Shown here: positions 52,175 through 63,605 of the stretch, piece by piece
How the letters are laid out: each line of letters begins with the position of its first letter
Position numbering within the stretch: position 1 is the first letter of the stretch
Assembly (NCBI GenBank): GCA_963785725.1
Contig: CAWAWS010000007.1
Location: forward strand, 832,001 to 896,000
Source: an uncultured delta proteobacterium
Lineage (GTDB): Bacteria > Myxococcota_A > Polyangia > Palsa-1104
Length of the DNA: 64,000 bases
Direction: 5' to 3'
Notes under the pieces: generated by a model
Database searches by the model: none
What the model was told of the DNA's origin: nothing
What the model saw: the letters and a program-made list of their open reading frames with translations, nothing else
Made by a program: the position numbers and the translations under genes

Positions 52175-53104
52175 GTGCCCCGCGCCATGTGGTCTGGCTC
52201 CATCAGCTTTGGTCTCGTGAACATCCCCGTCAAGATGTACAAGGCGACGGCCGCAGCTTCGGGACGCGCGGTCTCCTTCCATCAGATCCATGCCACCTGC
52301 GGCACGCGCATCAAGATGAAACGCTGGTGTCCCAAAGACGACGTCGAAGTTCCGTGGGACGAGGTGGTCAAAGGCTACGAAGTCGCAAAAGGCAAGTACG
52401 TCCCCATCGCCGCCGCCGAGCTCGACGCGCTCCTGCCCGACGATGACTACGCCGCCGTCGCCATCGAGAGCTTCGTCGGCCTCGCCGAGGTCGATCCCAT
52501 CTACTTCGATCGCGCCTATTACCTGTCGCCCGACGGCGCGACTTCGCCCAAGGCCTACGCGCTCTTGCATCGTGTGCTCGCGGACGCGGCGAAGGTGGCG
52601 GTGGCGCGCGTGCTCTTGCGGACGCGGTCGCATTTGGCGCTGGTGCGCGTGCTCGGCGACCACTTGGTCTTGGAGACGATGTTCTTCGCCAGCGAGCTGA
52701 CCGACATCGGCGACGTGGCCGGAGTGGCCAAAGGTAAGGCGCAGGTCGAGCCGCGGCAGCTGAAGATGGCCGAGCAGCTCGTCGAATCCATGACCATCGA
52801 CTGGGATCCCGCGCGCTACAAAGACGAATACGCGACCAAAGTGAACGAGGTGATCGCCAAGAAGCTGCGCGGCGGCGAAGTGTTGGAGTCGCCGGTCGAC
52901 GGCGAAGGCGGGCAGGTCGTCGACCTGATGGACGCGCTGCAGCGCTCGATCGCGGCTACGAAAGCGCCGGGCAAGAAGCGCGCGGAGACGCTCGCCGACG
53001 TCGCCGAGCTGCGGCCGATCGCGCGCGTCTCGGCCGTCAAGCAGCCGCGCAAACGCGCGCACGCCGCCACGCGCACGCCGCGCGCGGCGACCACGAAACG
53101 TTAG
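52175..53104 (+). CDS. ku: Non-homologous end-joining protein Ku
   Basis: RAMWSGSISFGLVNIPVK, YFDRAYYL, VVDLMDALQRS, basic tail; GGAGG RBS before GTG. Confidence 0.95.
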   Translation: MPRAMWSGSISFGLVNIPVKMYKATAAASGRAVSFHQIHATCGTRIKMKRWCPKDDVEVPWDEVVKGYEVAKGKYVPIAAAELDALLPDDDYAAVAIESFVGLAEVDPIYFDRAYYLSPDGATSPKAYALLHRVLADAAKVAVARVLLRTRSHLALVRVLGDHLVLETMFFASELTDIGDVAGVAKGKAQVEPRQLKMAEQLVESMTIDWDPARYKDEYATKVNEVIAKKLRGGEVLESPVDGEGGQVVDLMDALQRSIAATKAPGKKRAETLADVAELRPIARVSAVKQPRKRAHAATRTPRAATTKR

Positions 53105-53116
53105 CGGCCGTGAGCG

Positions 53117-53938
53117 TTAGAAGCGCGAGTCGGAGAGCGGATGTTGCGCGACGAAGTCGAGCACGGCGCGGTTGAACTTGTCGGCCTGCTCGACGTTGAA
53201 GCCGTGCGAGCCGCCTTCGAGCTTCAGCAGCGTCGAGTCGGGAATGAGCCGGTGCAGCTCGTCCGATCCGCGCGGCGCCACCAGCATGTCGGCGGTTCCC
53301 GTCATCACCAGCGTCGGCAGCGTCAGCGACGGAAGCCGGCTCACCGTGTCGTGATTCATGACCGCCATGTACTGCGCGGAGAAGCCCTCCATCGAGAAGT
53401 TGTTCATCGTCTGCTCGCGCAAGGAGCGCAGCCAATCGAGCTCGCGCGTGATGAACTCGGGCGTCAACACCAGGCCCATCATGAACTTGAACAGCTGGAT
53501 CGGATCGACGGCGGTCGGGTTCGCCGGATTGAACGGCGAGTGCGCCGCCTGCGCGCGCGCTTCGTCGTCGGGCTTGGCGAACGTGCACGCCAGCGTCAGC
53601 GACGCCAAGCGATCGGGATGGCGCAGCGCGAGCTCCTGCGCGATCATTCCGCCCATGCTGAGGCCGAGCACGTGCGCGCGATCGAAGCCGCAGGCGTCCA
53701 TGATCGCGAGCGCGTCGTCGGCCATCGCCGCCGTCGAATACGGACCGGCCGGCTTGTCCGAGCGGCCCATGCCGCGATTGTCGAACACGCACACGCGATG
53801 ATGACGCGCGAACACCGGCGTCTGAAACTGCCAGAACTGCAGCGTCGCACCGAGGCCCATGATGCAAAAGAGCGGATCGCCCGCGTCGCCGTGGCGCTCG
53901 TAGTAGAGGTTGACGCCGTCGTGGCTCGTGGTCGGCAT
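53117..53938 (-). CDS. Alpha/beta hydrolase
   Basis: FDNRGMGRS; nucleophile motif GLSMGG; catalytic Asp (GTAD) and His (GSHG). Confidence 0.88.
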   Translation of the reverse strand: MPTTSHDGVNLYYERHGDAGDPLFCIMGLGATLQFWQFQTPVFARHHRVCVFDNRGMGRSDKPAGPYSTAAMADDALAIMDACGFDRAHVLGLSMGGMIAQELALRHPDRLASLTLACTFAKPDDEARAQAAHSPFNPANPTAVDPIQLFKFMMGLVLTPEFITRELDWLRSLREQTMNNFSMEGFSAQYMAVMNHDTVSRLPSLTLPTLVMTGTADMLVAPRGSDELHRLIPDSTLLKLEGGSHGFNVEQADKFNRAVLDFVAQHPLSDSRF

Positions 53939-53961
53939 GCGCACCAAGGTAGCACGCGGGC

Positions 53962-54975
53962 ATGATGCGGCGCGCGCTCGGCTGGCTCGTCCTCGGCATC
54001 ATCGTCAGCGTCGCGGCGCTGGCGCTCGGCTTCTTTCGCGTGACCTTCGCCGGCGGCGTGCGCGTCGCGCCGCGCATCGACGGCCACGCGCTGAAGGCGG
54101 CGCTCGCCGGTGTGCGCGTCGGCTGGCTGAGCCTGTATGCGCTCGTGAACGTCATGACGCTGGTGCTGCGGGCCCTGCAGCTGCAGGCGCTGGCGCGACG
54201 ACGAGACGCTACGGCGCCGCGGTTTTACGCCTGTTACCAAGCCGTGGCGGTGGCGATGGCGGCGCAGAATCTGCTGCCGGCGCGGCTGAGCGAGGCGCTG
54301 CGCGTCGTGACGTTGGCGCGCGCCGACGATGTCGCGCTGGCGTCGGCGACGGGCGCGGTCGTGTTCGGGCGCGTGCTCGATCTGCTGTCGCTGTTGGCGG
54401 CGGTGTCGTTGCCGCTCTTGGTGCTCGACCTGCCGGCGGCGCACGCGCGTTGGCTGCGGGAGGCGGCGCTGCTCGCGCTCGTCGTGGCGCTGCTGGCGAT
54501 CGCGCTCCTGGCGCTGCTGTATGGCCGTCGCGAGCGGCTGGCGGCGCGAACGGCGCGACGCTGGCCGCGGCTGGCGCCGGTGATCAGCGGCTTCGCCGAA
54601 GGGCTGTCCGCGCTCGCCGATCGACGCCGCTTGGCGACGGCGACATTGGTCTCGCTAGCGATTCCGCTGACGCTGGCGTCGAGCTACGCCTGCGCGTTGG
54701 CGGCGTTCGGCCTCGAGGGTTTGCCGGCGGGAACGGCGCTGATCTTGGCCGCGGCGGTGCTGTGCGCCATCGCCGTGCCGTCGGCGCCGTCGGCGCTCGG
54801 CGTCTACCACGCGGCGGCGACGTGGACGTTGGTCGCGCTCGGCGCGCCGGCGGCCAATGCGGCGGCGTTCGCGCTGGCGACCCACGCGGTCAGCGTCGTC
54901 AGCTTCATCGCCATCGGCGCCGTGGCGCTGGCGCAGCTCGGCGGCCGCGGCTGGTTTCGCGCGCCCGCTGCATAA
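53962..54975 (+). CDS. Lysylphosphatidylglycerol synthase TM / UPF0104 flippase-like protein
   Basis: NLLPARLSEALR, RVLDL, PSAPSALGVYH; multi-TM. Confidence 0.75.
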   Translation: MMRRALGWLVLGIIVSVAALALGFFRVTFAGGVRVAPRIDGHALKAALAGVRVGWLSLYALVNVMTLVLRALQLQALARRRDATAPRFYACYQAVAVAMAAQNLLPARLSEALRVVTLARADDVALASATGAVVFGRVLDLLSLLAAVSLPLLVLDLPAAHARWLREAALLALVVALLAIALLALLYGRRERLAARTARRWPRLAPVISGFAEGLSALADRRRLATATLVSLAIPLTLASSYACALAAFGLEGLPAGTALILAAAVLCAIAVPSAPSALGVYHAAATWTLVALGAPAANAAAFALATHAVSVVSFIAIGAVALAQLGGRGWFRAPAA

Positions 54976-55492
54976 GCCCGTCGCTCGGGCTGTCCCCTCG
55001 CGCTAACCCGCGGTACTCATGTTTCCGACCGCGACACTTGCGCGCCGACCTGCGGACGACAAGTGGCACGGTGGGGTCTCGCTGAACCGTCGCGACTTTC
55101 CCCAGCCGCCGTGGCAGGCGCCGCCGTCGTGGTGGGGCGCGCAGGCTCCAGCGAATGCGCACGACGAGTTGCGCCGCGCGTCGTCTCCAGCCGCGAAAAC
55201 CGTACGGAATGAGGCTCCCGACGCTGTGGCGAGGGCAAAATTCGTTCGCCGCCCGCGTAACGAAGCGAGGGCGTCTTAGACGGAACGTGCGGATGTAAGG
55301 TTCCCGCATACTGCGCCCGATATGCTGCGGCCTCGATCCCCCAGCCTGCGCGCGTCGCCATTCGCCACACTCCGGCGAGGTTGCGATCATCAGCTAACGA
55401 TTCGATTTTTGGGCGGATCAAGCGTGCGGTGGCGATTGGCGAGCCGCTTGCTGAGCAGGTGCGTCACACGGTTCCTCGAAGGAGCGGCGCAC

Positions 55493-57132
55493 ATGACGAG
55501 ACGCATGAAGCAGACGCACCAAACTCAGCGAGCCTCGCTGTTCGTGTCGATGGTGGGGGCGCTCGCGGCGTTCGCCATCGTGTCGCCGGCGAACGCCGAG
55601 ACGACGACCGATCACCTCGTGCGCCCCGACGGCATGCACATGGAGCCGCTCGGCTGCGCGTCGGGTCCGGGCTACCACTGCCGCGCGCATCGCTGGGTCA
55701 ACGCCGACGGCTCGGCGATCATCGCGCCGCGCGCCGCCGCGCCGCAAGGTCTCGCGCCCGCCGACATCGTCTCCGCATATAAGATCGATACGACGCTCGG
55801 CGCCGGCATGACCGTCGCCATCGTCGACGCCTACGCCTACGACTTGGCCGAGAGCGATCTGGCGGCCTATCGCAAGCAGTACAACTTGCCGGCGTGCACC
55901 GTCCGCCAGCGGCTGCCTCAAGGTCGTCGGCGGCACCGGCGGCACGCCGCCCGCCGGCAACGACGGCGGCAACGGCTGGAACGGCGAAGCGGCGCTCGAC
56001 CTCGACATGGTCTCGGCCGCCTGCCCGCTGTGCAAAATCATCCTCATCCTGGCCACGAGCGCCAGCAACAGCGCGCTCGACGCCGGCGAGCAGACCGCGG
56101 CGACGTTGGGCGCGACCGTCGTCAGCAACAGCTGGGGCGGCGCCGACGCCAACCCGTCGTCGGAAGAGAAGTACTTCCAGACGACGCCGCCGATCGGCAT
56201 CTTCGTCGCCGCCGGCGATTCCGGCTACAACAACGGCGGCCAAGGCCCCGACTATCCGAGCACGTCGCTCTACGTCATCGGCGTCGGCGGCACGGTGCTG
56301 ACGAAGTCGTCGTCGGCGGCGCGTGGCTGGACCGAGGCGCCGTGGTCGGACGCCGGCAGCTCCTGCTCGACGACGTTCGCCAAGCCCAGCTACCAGACCG
56401 CGTTCGTGCCCGCGTCGGCGTGCGCCGGTCGCGCGGCGTCGGACATCTCGGTCGTCGCCGACAATATCGCCACCTATCAGGGCGGCTGGCAGCTCGTCGG
56501 CGGCACCAGCGCCGCGTCGCCGCTGGCGGCCGCGATCTTCGCCATGAGCGGTCACGGCGCCGCCAAGGCCGACTTCGTCTACGCCAACCCGACGGCGTTC
56601 TTCGACATCACGACGGCGACCAAGAACGGCACCTGCGGCTCGCCGATGTGCGCGGGCGCGGTCGGCTGGGACGGCCCGACGGGCTTGGGCACGCCGAACG
56701 TGGCCTCGCTGGCGGCGATCGGCGGCGGAACGGCCGGCGGCGGCGGCACCGGTGGCGGCGGCGGAACGGCCGGCGGCGGTGGCACGGCTGGCGGCGGCGG
56801 AACGGCCGGTGGCGGCGGCACGACGGTTCACGACATGGCAGTGCCCGAGGATCTGGCGACGCCGATCGAGCACGACATGGCGATCGGCGACGACCTCGCC
56901 GTCGGTGGCATCGGCCGGCGGCACGGGCTCGGCCGGCGGCACGGGCTCGGCCGGCGGCACGGGCTCGGCCGGCGGCACGGGCTCGGCCGGCGGCAACGGC
57001 TCGGGCGGCGGCAAAGGCGGCGGCGACGGCGGCCTTGGCTGCAACTTCGGCGGCACGCAGGACGCCTCGGCCGCGCTCCCGTTCGCGCTCTTGCTGTTCG
57101 GCTTCGTGATCTCGCGTCGCCGCCGCGCCTAA
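55493..57132 (+). CDS. S53 (sedolisin-like) serine peptidase with Gly-rich linker and MYXO-CTERM; +1 frameshifts at about 55904 and 56910, probably sequencing errors
   Basis: VAIVDAY, EAALDLDM, SNSWG, AAGDSG, GGTSAASP, GWDGPTGLGTP; end GCNFGG..ALLLFGFVISRRRRA. Confidence 0.85.
56720..57010 (+). repeat. Intragenic 18-bp tandem repeats encoding GGGGTA and SAGGTG
   Basis: TCGGCCGGCGGCACGGGC x4 exact from 56911 plus a variant; GGCGGCGGAACGGCC-type repeats at 56720-56820. Confidence 0.85.
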
Positions 57133-57161
57133 TCGCGCCTCTCGGCGACGGCAAGCTCCGC

Positions 57162-57197
57162 AAGCCCACCGCGTTTCGGCGCGGTGGGCTTTTCTTT
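57162..57197 (+). terminator. Rho-independent terminator
   Basis: AAGCCCACCGCG-TTTCGG-CGCGGTGGGCTT followed by TTCTTT. Confidence 0.85.
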
Positions 57198-57285
57198 GCC
57201 GGCGATCGACGCCCTGCATCGGCGCCGTGGTCGCGGCCGTTCTGCGGGAAATTCGCGGTGGATTGGTGCGGGCGAAGGTGCGGCG

Positions 57286-57720
57286 CTACTCGGAGGCCGA
57301 GGCGCGCACGACTTCGGGGTGCAACACTTCGTCTTCCTGCTTCATGCGGCGCCACAACGTCCCCAGCACGGCGCGCGTCTCTTCGATGAACTGCCAGGGC
57401 GCGATCGCGATCGCCGCCGACGACGGCCAGCTCGCGCGATACTCCGCGAACTCCGCCTGCACCTGCGCGCGCTCGGTCCAAAAGCGCTCGGCCAGCGCGC
57501 GCAGCTGCGGATCGGGATGGTGCAACAGGCCCGGATAGAGCGAGCGCTCTTCCGTCGCCAGGTGCTTGTCGAGGATGGTGCCGAGCGCGGCCAGCGCGCG
57601 GAACGCGAAGGCGGCTCCGTCGCGCTGCAGCTTCGTCACGTCGAGCCAGCCGATCATCTCGGTCGCGACCTGCACCAGCTCGCCGTGTTGGCGGCTCAGG
57701 CTCTCGATGATTTGCTGCAT
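57286..57720 (-). CDS. Hemerythrin-like (HHE) domain protein
   Basis: QHGEL..HLATEERSLYP..RMKQEDEVLHP. Confidence 0.75.
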   Translation of the reverse strand: MQQIIESLSRQHGELVQVATEMIGWLDVTKLQRDGAAFAFRALAALGTILDKHLATEERSLYPGLLHHPDPQLRALAERFWTERAQVQAEFAEYRASWPSSAAIAIAPWQFIEETRAVLGTLWRRMKQEDEVLHPEVVRASASE

Positions 57721-57845
57721 GATTCTATTTATACGATCGACGCGACTTGTAAGATCATTAACGATAAAAAAACGTGATGAAACGCGTCATAACCTCCGAA
57801 AACTGGGCTATTTGTATGATTTGTTACGACTATAACAGCTGAGTT

Positions 57846-58580
57846 CTAGGAGGCGATCTCGTCGATTTCGTCTACCACGCTGAGGATGCGCCGGGCTTCG
57901 GCGAGGCAGTCGCGGGTGACGACGTCGAAGTAGTCGATCTCGGCCGAGCCCTGCGCGCCTTCGCGCTCGCGGATGCGGTCGCGGGCGCGGGTCAGCGCCT
58001 GGACGATCGCTTTGGCGGCCGTCTTCACCGTCGGATAGGCGGCGGCGGCGAGGATGTCGCGCATGGCCAGCTGGCCGTCCTCGGGCATGTGACCGCCCGA
58101 TTTGTCGAGCCGCTTCAAGAAGGCGTCGGCGACGCGCGTGGCCATCGCTTTGAGCTCGGCGTTCTTGCGCTTGAGCTCGGCGATGAGCTCGGCGTTGTCG
58201 CGGCCGAGCTGATAGTGCTCGAGCGCGTGCGCGATGATCATGCGCAATTCTTCCGGTCCCCACGGCTTGGTGACGTAGCGATAGACCTCGCCGCGGTTGA
58301 TGGCCTCGATGAGATCGGACGCATCCGGATAGGCGGTGAGGACGATTCGCATCGCCGCCGAGAGCCCTTTGGCTTCCTCGAGCAGCTCGACTCCCGAGCG
58401 GCCAGGCATCGACTTGTCGGCCAAGATGAGGTCGATGTGACGACCTTCATCGCGCAGGATTTGGAGCGCGCCGTCCGCCGATTCGGCGCGCACCAAGTCG
58501 TAGTCGTGCCGGAGGACGCGGGTCAGCGCGTCGAGGTTGAGCGGATCGTCGTCGACAATCAGTAGTCGGTAGCGCACCAA
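57846..58580 (-). CDS. Response regulator (REC + coiled coil + unknown helical domain)
   Basis: LLIVDDD..ILADKSMP..LTAY..VTKPW. Confidence 0.85.
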   Translation of the reverse strand: MVRYRLLIVDDDPLNLDALTRVLRHDYDLVRAESADGALQILRDEGRHIDLILADKSMPGRSGVELLEEAKGLSAAMRIVLTAYPDASDLIEAINRGEVYRYVTKPWGPEELRMIIAHALEHYQLGRDNAELIAELKRKNAELKAMATRVADAFLKRLDKSGGHMPEDGQLAMRDILAAAAYPTVKTAAKAIVQALTRARDRIREREGAQGSAEIDYFDVVTRDCLAEARRILSVVDEIDEIAS

Positions 58581-58604
58581 GCCGGGATTTTATACGATCT
58601 TGCA

Positions 58605-58922
58605 ATGTCACGCATCGAAGCCATTCAGAAGATCGTCGCGCAGTCGCCCAATGATCCGTTCCCGCGCTATGGGCTGGCCATGGAATACAAGAATGCCGGG
58701 CGCGCCGAAGAGGCGCATCAAGCGTTCGCCGAGCTGGAGACGCGCTTTCCCGACTACGTCGCGCAATACCTGATGCACGGCAACGTGCTCGCGTCGCTGC
58801 ACAAGATCGAAGAGGCCAAAGGCGTCTACGAGCGCGGCATCGCGGCCGCGCGCAAAAAAGGCGACGCCCACGCGCTCGGCGAGCTGCAAGGCGCCCTCGC
58901 CGGTCTGCCGAGCGACGACTAG
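58605..58922 (+). CDS. Small TPR protein
   Basis: PNDPFPRYGLAMEY..PDYVAQYLMHG..YERGI. Confidence 0.85.
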   Translation: MSRIEAIQKIVAQSPNDPFPRYGLAMEYKNAGRAEEAHQAFAELETRFPDYVAQYLMHGNVLASLHKIEEAKGVYERGIAAARKKGDAHALGELQGALAGLPSDD

Positions 58923-59081
58923 GGGCTGTTCTCAATTGGCGGACCGAGCCAAGCGCCGCGAGGAGCCGCGGCTGCGAGGCGCGAAGAGCGAAGCTACTGG
59001 CGGTAACTGAGCGATGAGCAACGAAGCAGACGCGGCCCGCAGCAAAGCTTGGCGACGGGAGCTGATTGAGAACAGCCCCTA
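58920..59081. mobile_element. About 160-bp MITE with terminal inverted repeats and TA flanks
   Basis: TA-GGGGCTGTTCTCAAT ... ATTGAGAACAGCCCC-TA; internal complementary arms; no coding capacity. Confidence 0.7.
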
Positions 59082-59124
59082 AGCCGCACAAAAATCGTCG
59101 GCGTTGCCGTACAATGACGCCGAA

Positions 59125-60734
<1,610 letters not shown>

Positions 60735-60738
<4 letters not shown>

Positions 60739-62054
60739 TGCTGGCGGCGTTGCTGTTGATCCCGACGGTGGCGGTCATGCCGTTCAAAGATTTATCGGGC
60801 GGTCGTGGTCAGGTCGGCGAGGCGATTCGCGAGACGGTGACGTCGGATCTGAAGGGCGTCGACGGGCTCAAAGTCGTGGAGCGCGGCGACATCGACAAGA
60901 TCATCGCCGAGCAGAATTTACAGGGAAAAAAGAACGATCTCGGCATGGGCGAGTCGATTCGCGTCGGCACGCTCTTGGGCGCGACGTTGATCGTGGCCGG
61001 CTCCTATCAAAAGGCGGCGACGCAGGTGCGGCTCATCGCCCGCTTCGTCGACGTGGCGACGGGCGAAATCAAAGGCAGCGCCAAGGTCGACGGCGCGACG
61101 GCGGACTTCTTGTCGCTGCAAGATCGCATCACGACCGAGCTATGCAAGTCGGCGGGCATGTCGCAAAAGAGCGTGCAGCTGTTCGCCAAGCGCACGCGGC
61201 CGAAGGTCAAAAGCTTCAAGGCCATCGAGCTCTACGGCGACGCGGTGACGCAGACCGACGACGGGAAAAAGGCCGAGCTGTTGAAGCTGTCGCTGCACGA
61301 AGATCCACAGTTTACGTACGCTTCGCACGATCTCGACGAGCTCGAGCAGCGCATGAAGAAGTACGCGGCGGTGTCGGATTCGGCGCAGCGCAACGAGACG
61401 GCGGAGCTCTTGCGCAAGCTCAAGGACGAGAAGGATCCGATGCAGCGCTACATGCAATACAGCATGCTGTCGGGCCGTCTCATGCAGCAAGGGCGTTGGC
61501 GCACGTTGATCGCGGTGTCGCGCACGATCGTCGCCGATCCGCCGAAGCTGCCGACCACGATGCCGGTTTCGGCCGATCAGACGGCGCAAGACAACATCAT
61601 TCGCGCTTACGATCAGCTGCACGACGACGACGGCGTCTTGCGCGAAGGCGAGAAGTATCTGGCGAAATATCCGGCGTCGATGACGATCACCGTCGTGCGC
61701 ATGTGGATGAACAACGCAATCAATCACAAGCACGCCGTGGCCGACGGCGTGCAGGGCGCGGCGGCGGCGCTGGCGAAGCTGCCGCCGGCGGAGCGCGAAG
61801 ATCCGTGCAAGCGCGCGCAGATTTACGCCGACAACGAGCAGAAGAAGGACGCCAAGCGCAACTGGATCGCGTGCGATGCCAAGGGCGGTCCGCCGCATTG
61901 GCCGCCGGGCAACATGGCGATCATTTTGGCGCGGCTGGCGCTCGATACGAACGACGTCGGGCTCATGAAGTCGTCGATGGCGCGGCTGCAGAAGGAGAGC
62001 CCGCAGCAGTATCGTCAGCTGCAGTTTTGGGAGACGCTGGTCAGCGACGAATGA
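60735..62054 (+). CDS. Putative secreted CsgG/TolB-N/FlgO-like domain + TPR-like protein
   Basis: VAVMPFKDL...VVERGDI...RLIARFVDVATGEI; ATGA overlap with the kinase. Confidence 0.78.
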
Positions 62055-62893
62055 CGGCGTTTGCGCATGGCGGCCTCGTCGCCGATTACGAGCTGCGCGG
62101 CGACGCCGGCCAGCCGACCGCGATCTTGCTGCACGGCCTGACCGTCGATCGGCGCATCGTCGCCGCCGCGTTCGACGAGCCGTTGGCGGCGGCGGGCGTG
62201 CGCCGGCTCTATGTCGATCTGCCCGGGCATGGCGCCGCCGTCGCGCTCGGCAGCGACGCGAGCGCGGCGTCCGCCGACGGGCTGGCCGCGCTCGTGACGG
62301 CGCTGGCGCGGCGCGAGCTGGCGCTGCCCGATCGGCCGGGCGAGCTGTCGGCGCCGCTCGTCATCGGCTATTCGTACGGCGGCTATTTGGCGACGGCGCT
62401 GGTGCGCGATTTGGGCGGCGCGCGCGGCCTCTTCTTGTGCTGCCCGGTCGTCGAGCCCGACTTCGCGCGCCGGCAGCAGCCGCGCAAACGCGTGGCTTGG
62501 CGCGACGACGAGCTGCCGTTCTCCGACGATCCACGCGAGCGCGCGGCCTTCGACGAAGTGGCCGTGCAGCAGACGCGCGCCGTGTTGGCGGCCTTTGCCG
62601 CGCTCGTGCATCCGGCGAACATCGCCGTCGACGCAGCGGTCGTCGCGGCGGTGCGCACGCGTTACGCGCTGTCGCGGCCGCTCGGCGACGCGCTCGTCAA
62701 CCTCGACGCGCCGGCGACGATCGTGTGCGGCCGCGACGATCATTGGGCCGGCTGGCAAGACGCGACGACGCTCGTGCGGCAGCTGCCGCGCGCCGCCTTC
62801 AGCGTGCTGCCCGACTGCGGCCACCTGTTGCCGATCGAGCAGCCGGAAGCCTTACGCGCGCTCGTGAACGACTGGCTCCGCCGCTGCGCCTAA
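62051..62893 (+). CDS. Alpha/beta hydrolase
   Basis: LLHGL, DLPGHG, GYSYGG, GRDD, CGHL; ATGA overlap. Confidence 0.85.
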   Translation: MTAFAHGGLVADYELRGDAGQPTAILLHGLTVDRRIVAAAFDEPLAAAGVRRLYVDLPGHGAAVALGSDASAASADGLAALVTALARRELALPDRPGELSAPLVIGYSYGGYLATALVRDLGGARGLFLCCPVVEPDFARRQQPRKRVAWRDDELPFSDDPRERAAFDEVAVQQTRAVLAAFAALVHPANIAVDAAVVAAVRTRYALSRPLGDALVNLDAPATIVCGRDDHWAGWQDATTLVRQLPRAAFSVLPDCGHLLPIEQPEALRALVNDWLRRCA

Positions 62894-62918
62894 TGGTAAC
62901 GCTGCGTAATCTGGAGGG

Positions 62919-63518
62919 TTACTTGGCTTTGCCTTTGACGGCGGAGACGGTGACCATGACCTGCGTCTGCTGGATCTCGTCTTTGACTTCCATCTTCACG
63001 AAGCGCTGCGCGCCGCGCGCGAGCACGAAATAGCGCTTCTTGCGGATGAGGCTGCGCGCGCCCAACGCCAACCCGGCGGCCGTGGCGACGCAGGCGTAGC
63101 CGAGCAGCTTGGTCAGGAGGTTGGTGCGCTGGTAGTCGGGATCGGGGTTGGCGTCGCTGCCGTCAGCGTCGTTGGGGCTGGGCTCGGGTGGCGCGGCGGT
63201 CGTCGCGTCGTCGCCGGGCGCGGCCGACGAGAAGAGCGACAGCGGCGACGCCATCGGCCGGCCCCACACGTCGTAGATTTCGTAGGCGCCGAAGCCGAGC
63301 AGCGGCAGCGCCAGCACGAGCAGCATGATGCCGAGCGCTGCGCGCGGCCGCACGATACTGCGGCTGACGACGTGGATGTCGTCGGTCGCCACCTCGACCT
63401 CGCCCGCGTCCGAGCGCTGCACGATGCGCTTGTTGGTGATGATGAGCTTGTGCTGCTCGTTCTCCGCGTAGGGCACGGGAAACAAAATGTTCTCGTGCAA
63501 TGCGGCTTTGAACGCCAT
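62919..63518 (-). CDS. Hypothetical 2-TM membrane protein (PH-like cytoplasmic strands)
   Basis: MAFKAALHEN..KLIITNKRIV; two hydrophobic segments. Confidence 0.65.
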   Translation of the reverse strand: MAFKAALHENILFPVPYAENEQHKLIITNKRIVQRSDAGEVEVATDDIHVVSRSIVRPRAALGIMLLVLALPLLGFGAYEIYDVWGRPMASPLSLFSSAAPGDDATTAAPPEPSPNDADGSDANPDPDYQRTNLLTKLLGYACVATAAGLALGARSLIRKKRYFVLARGAQRFVKMEVKDEIQQTQVMVTVSAVKGKAK

Positions 63519-63605
63519 GGCGAGGGAGAATAGCAACTTTGGGGGCCGCTTGCCGATAACCAATATGGGGCGTGGTATTCTTGACGTCCCGGAGGCGCGC
63601 TCGAG

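Noticed and set aside
54976..55400. RNase P RNA, tmRNA or a riboswitch
   Set aside because: Diagnostic conserved motifs were not found by eye
55900..56915. Programmed frameshifting or phase variation in the S53 gene
   Set aside because: No slippery or homopolymer tract at the sites; same +1 pattern as the other probable read errors
57770..57795. CRP-like site (GATGA-N6-TCATA)
   Set aside because: Three mismatches to TGTGA-N6-TCACA; too weak
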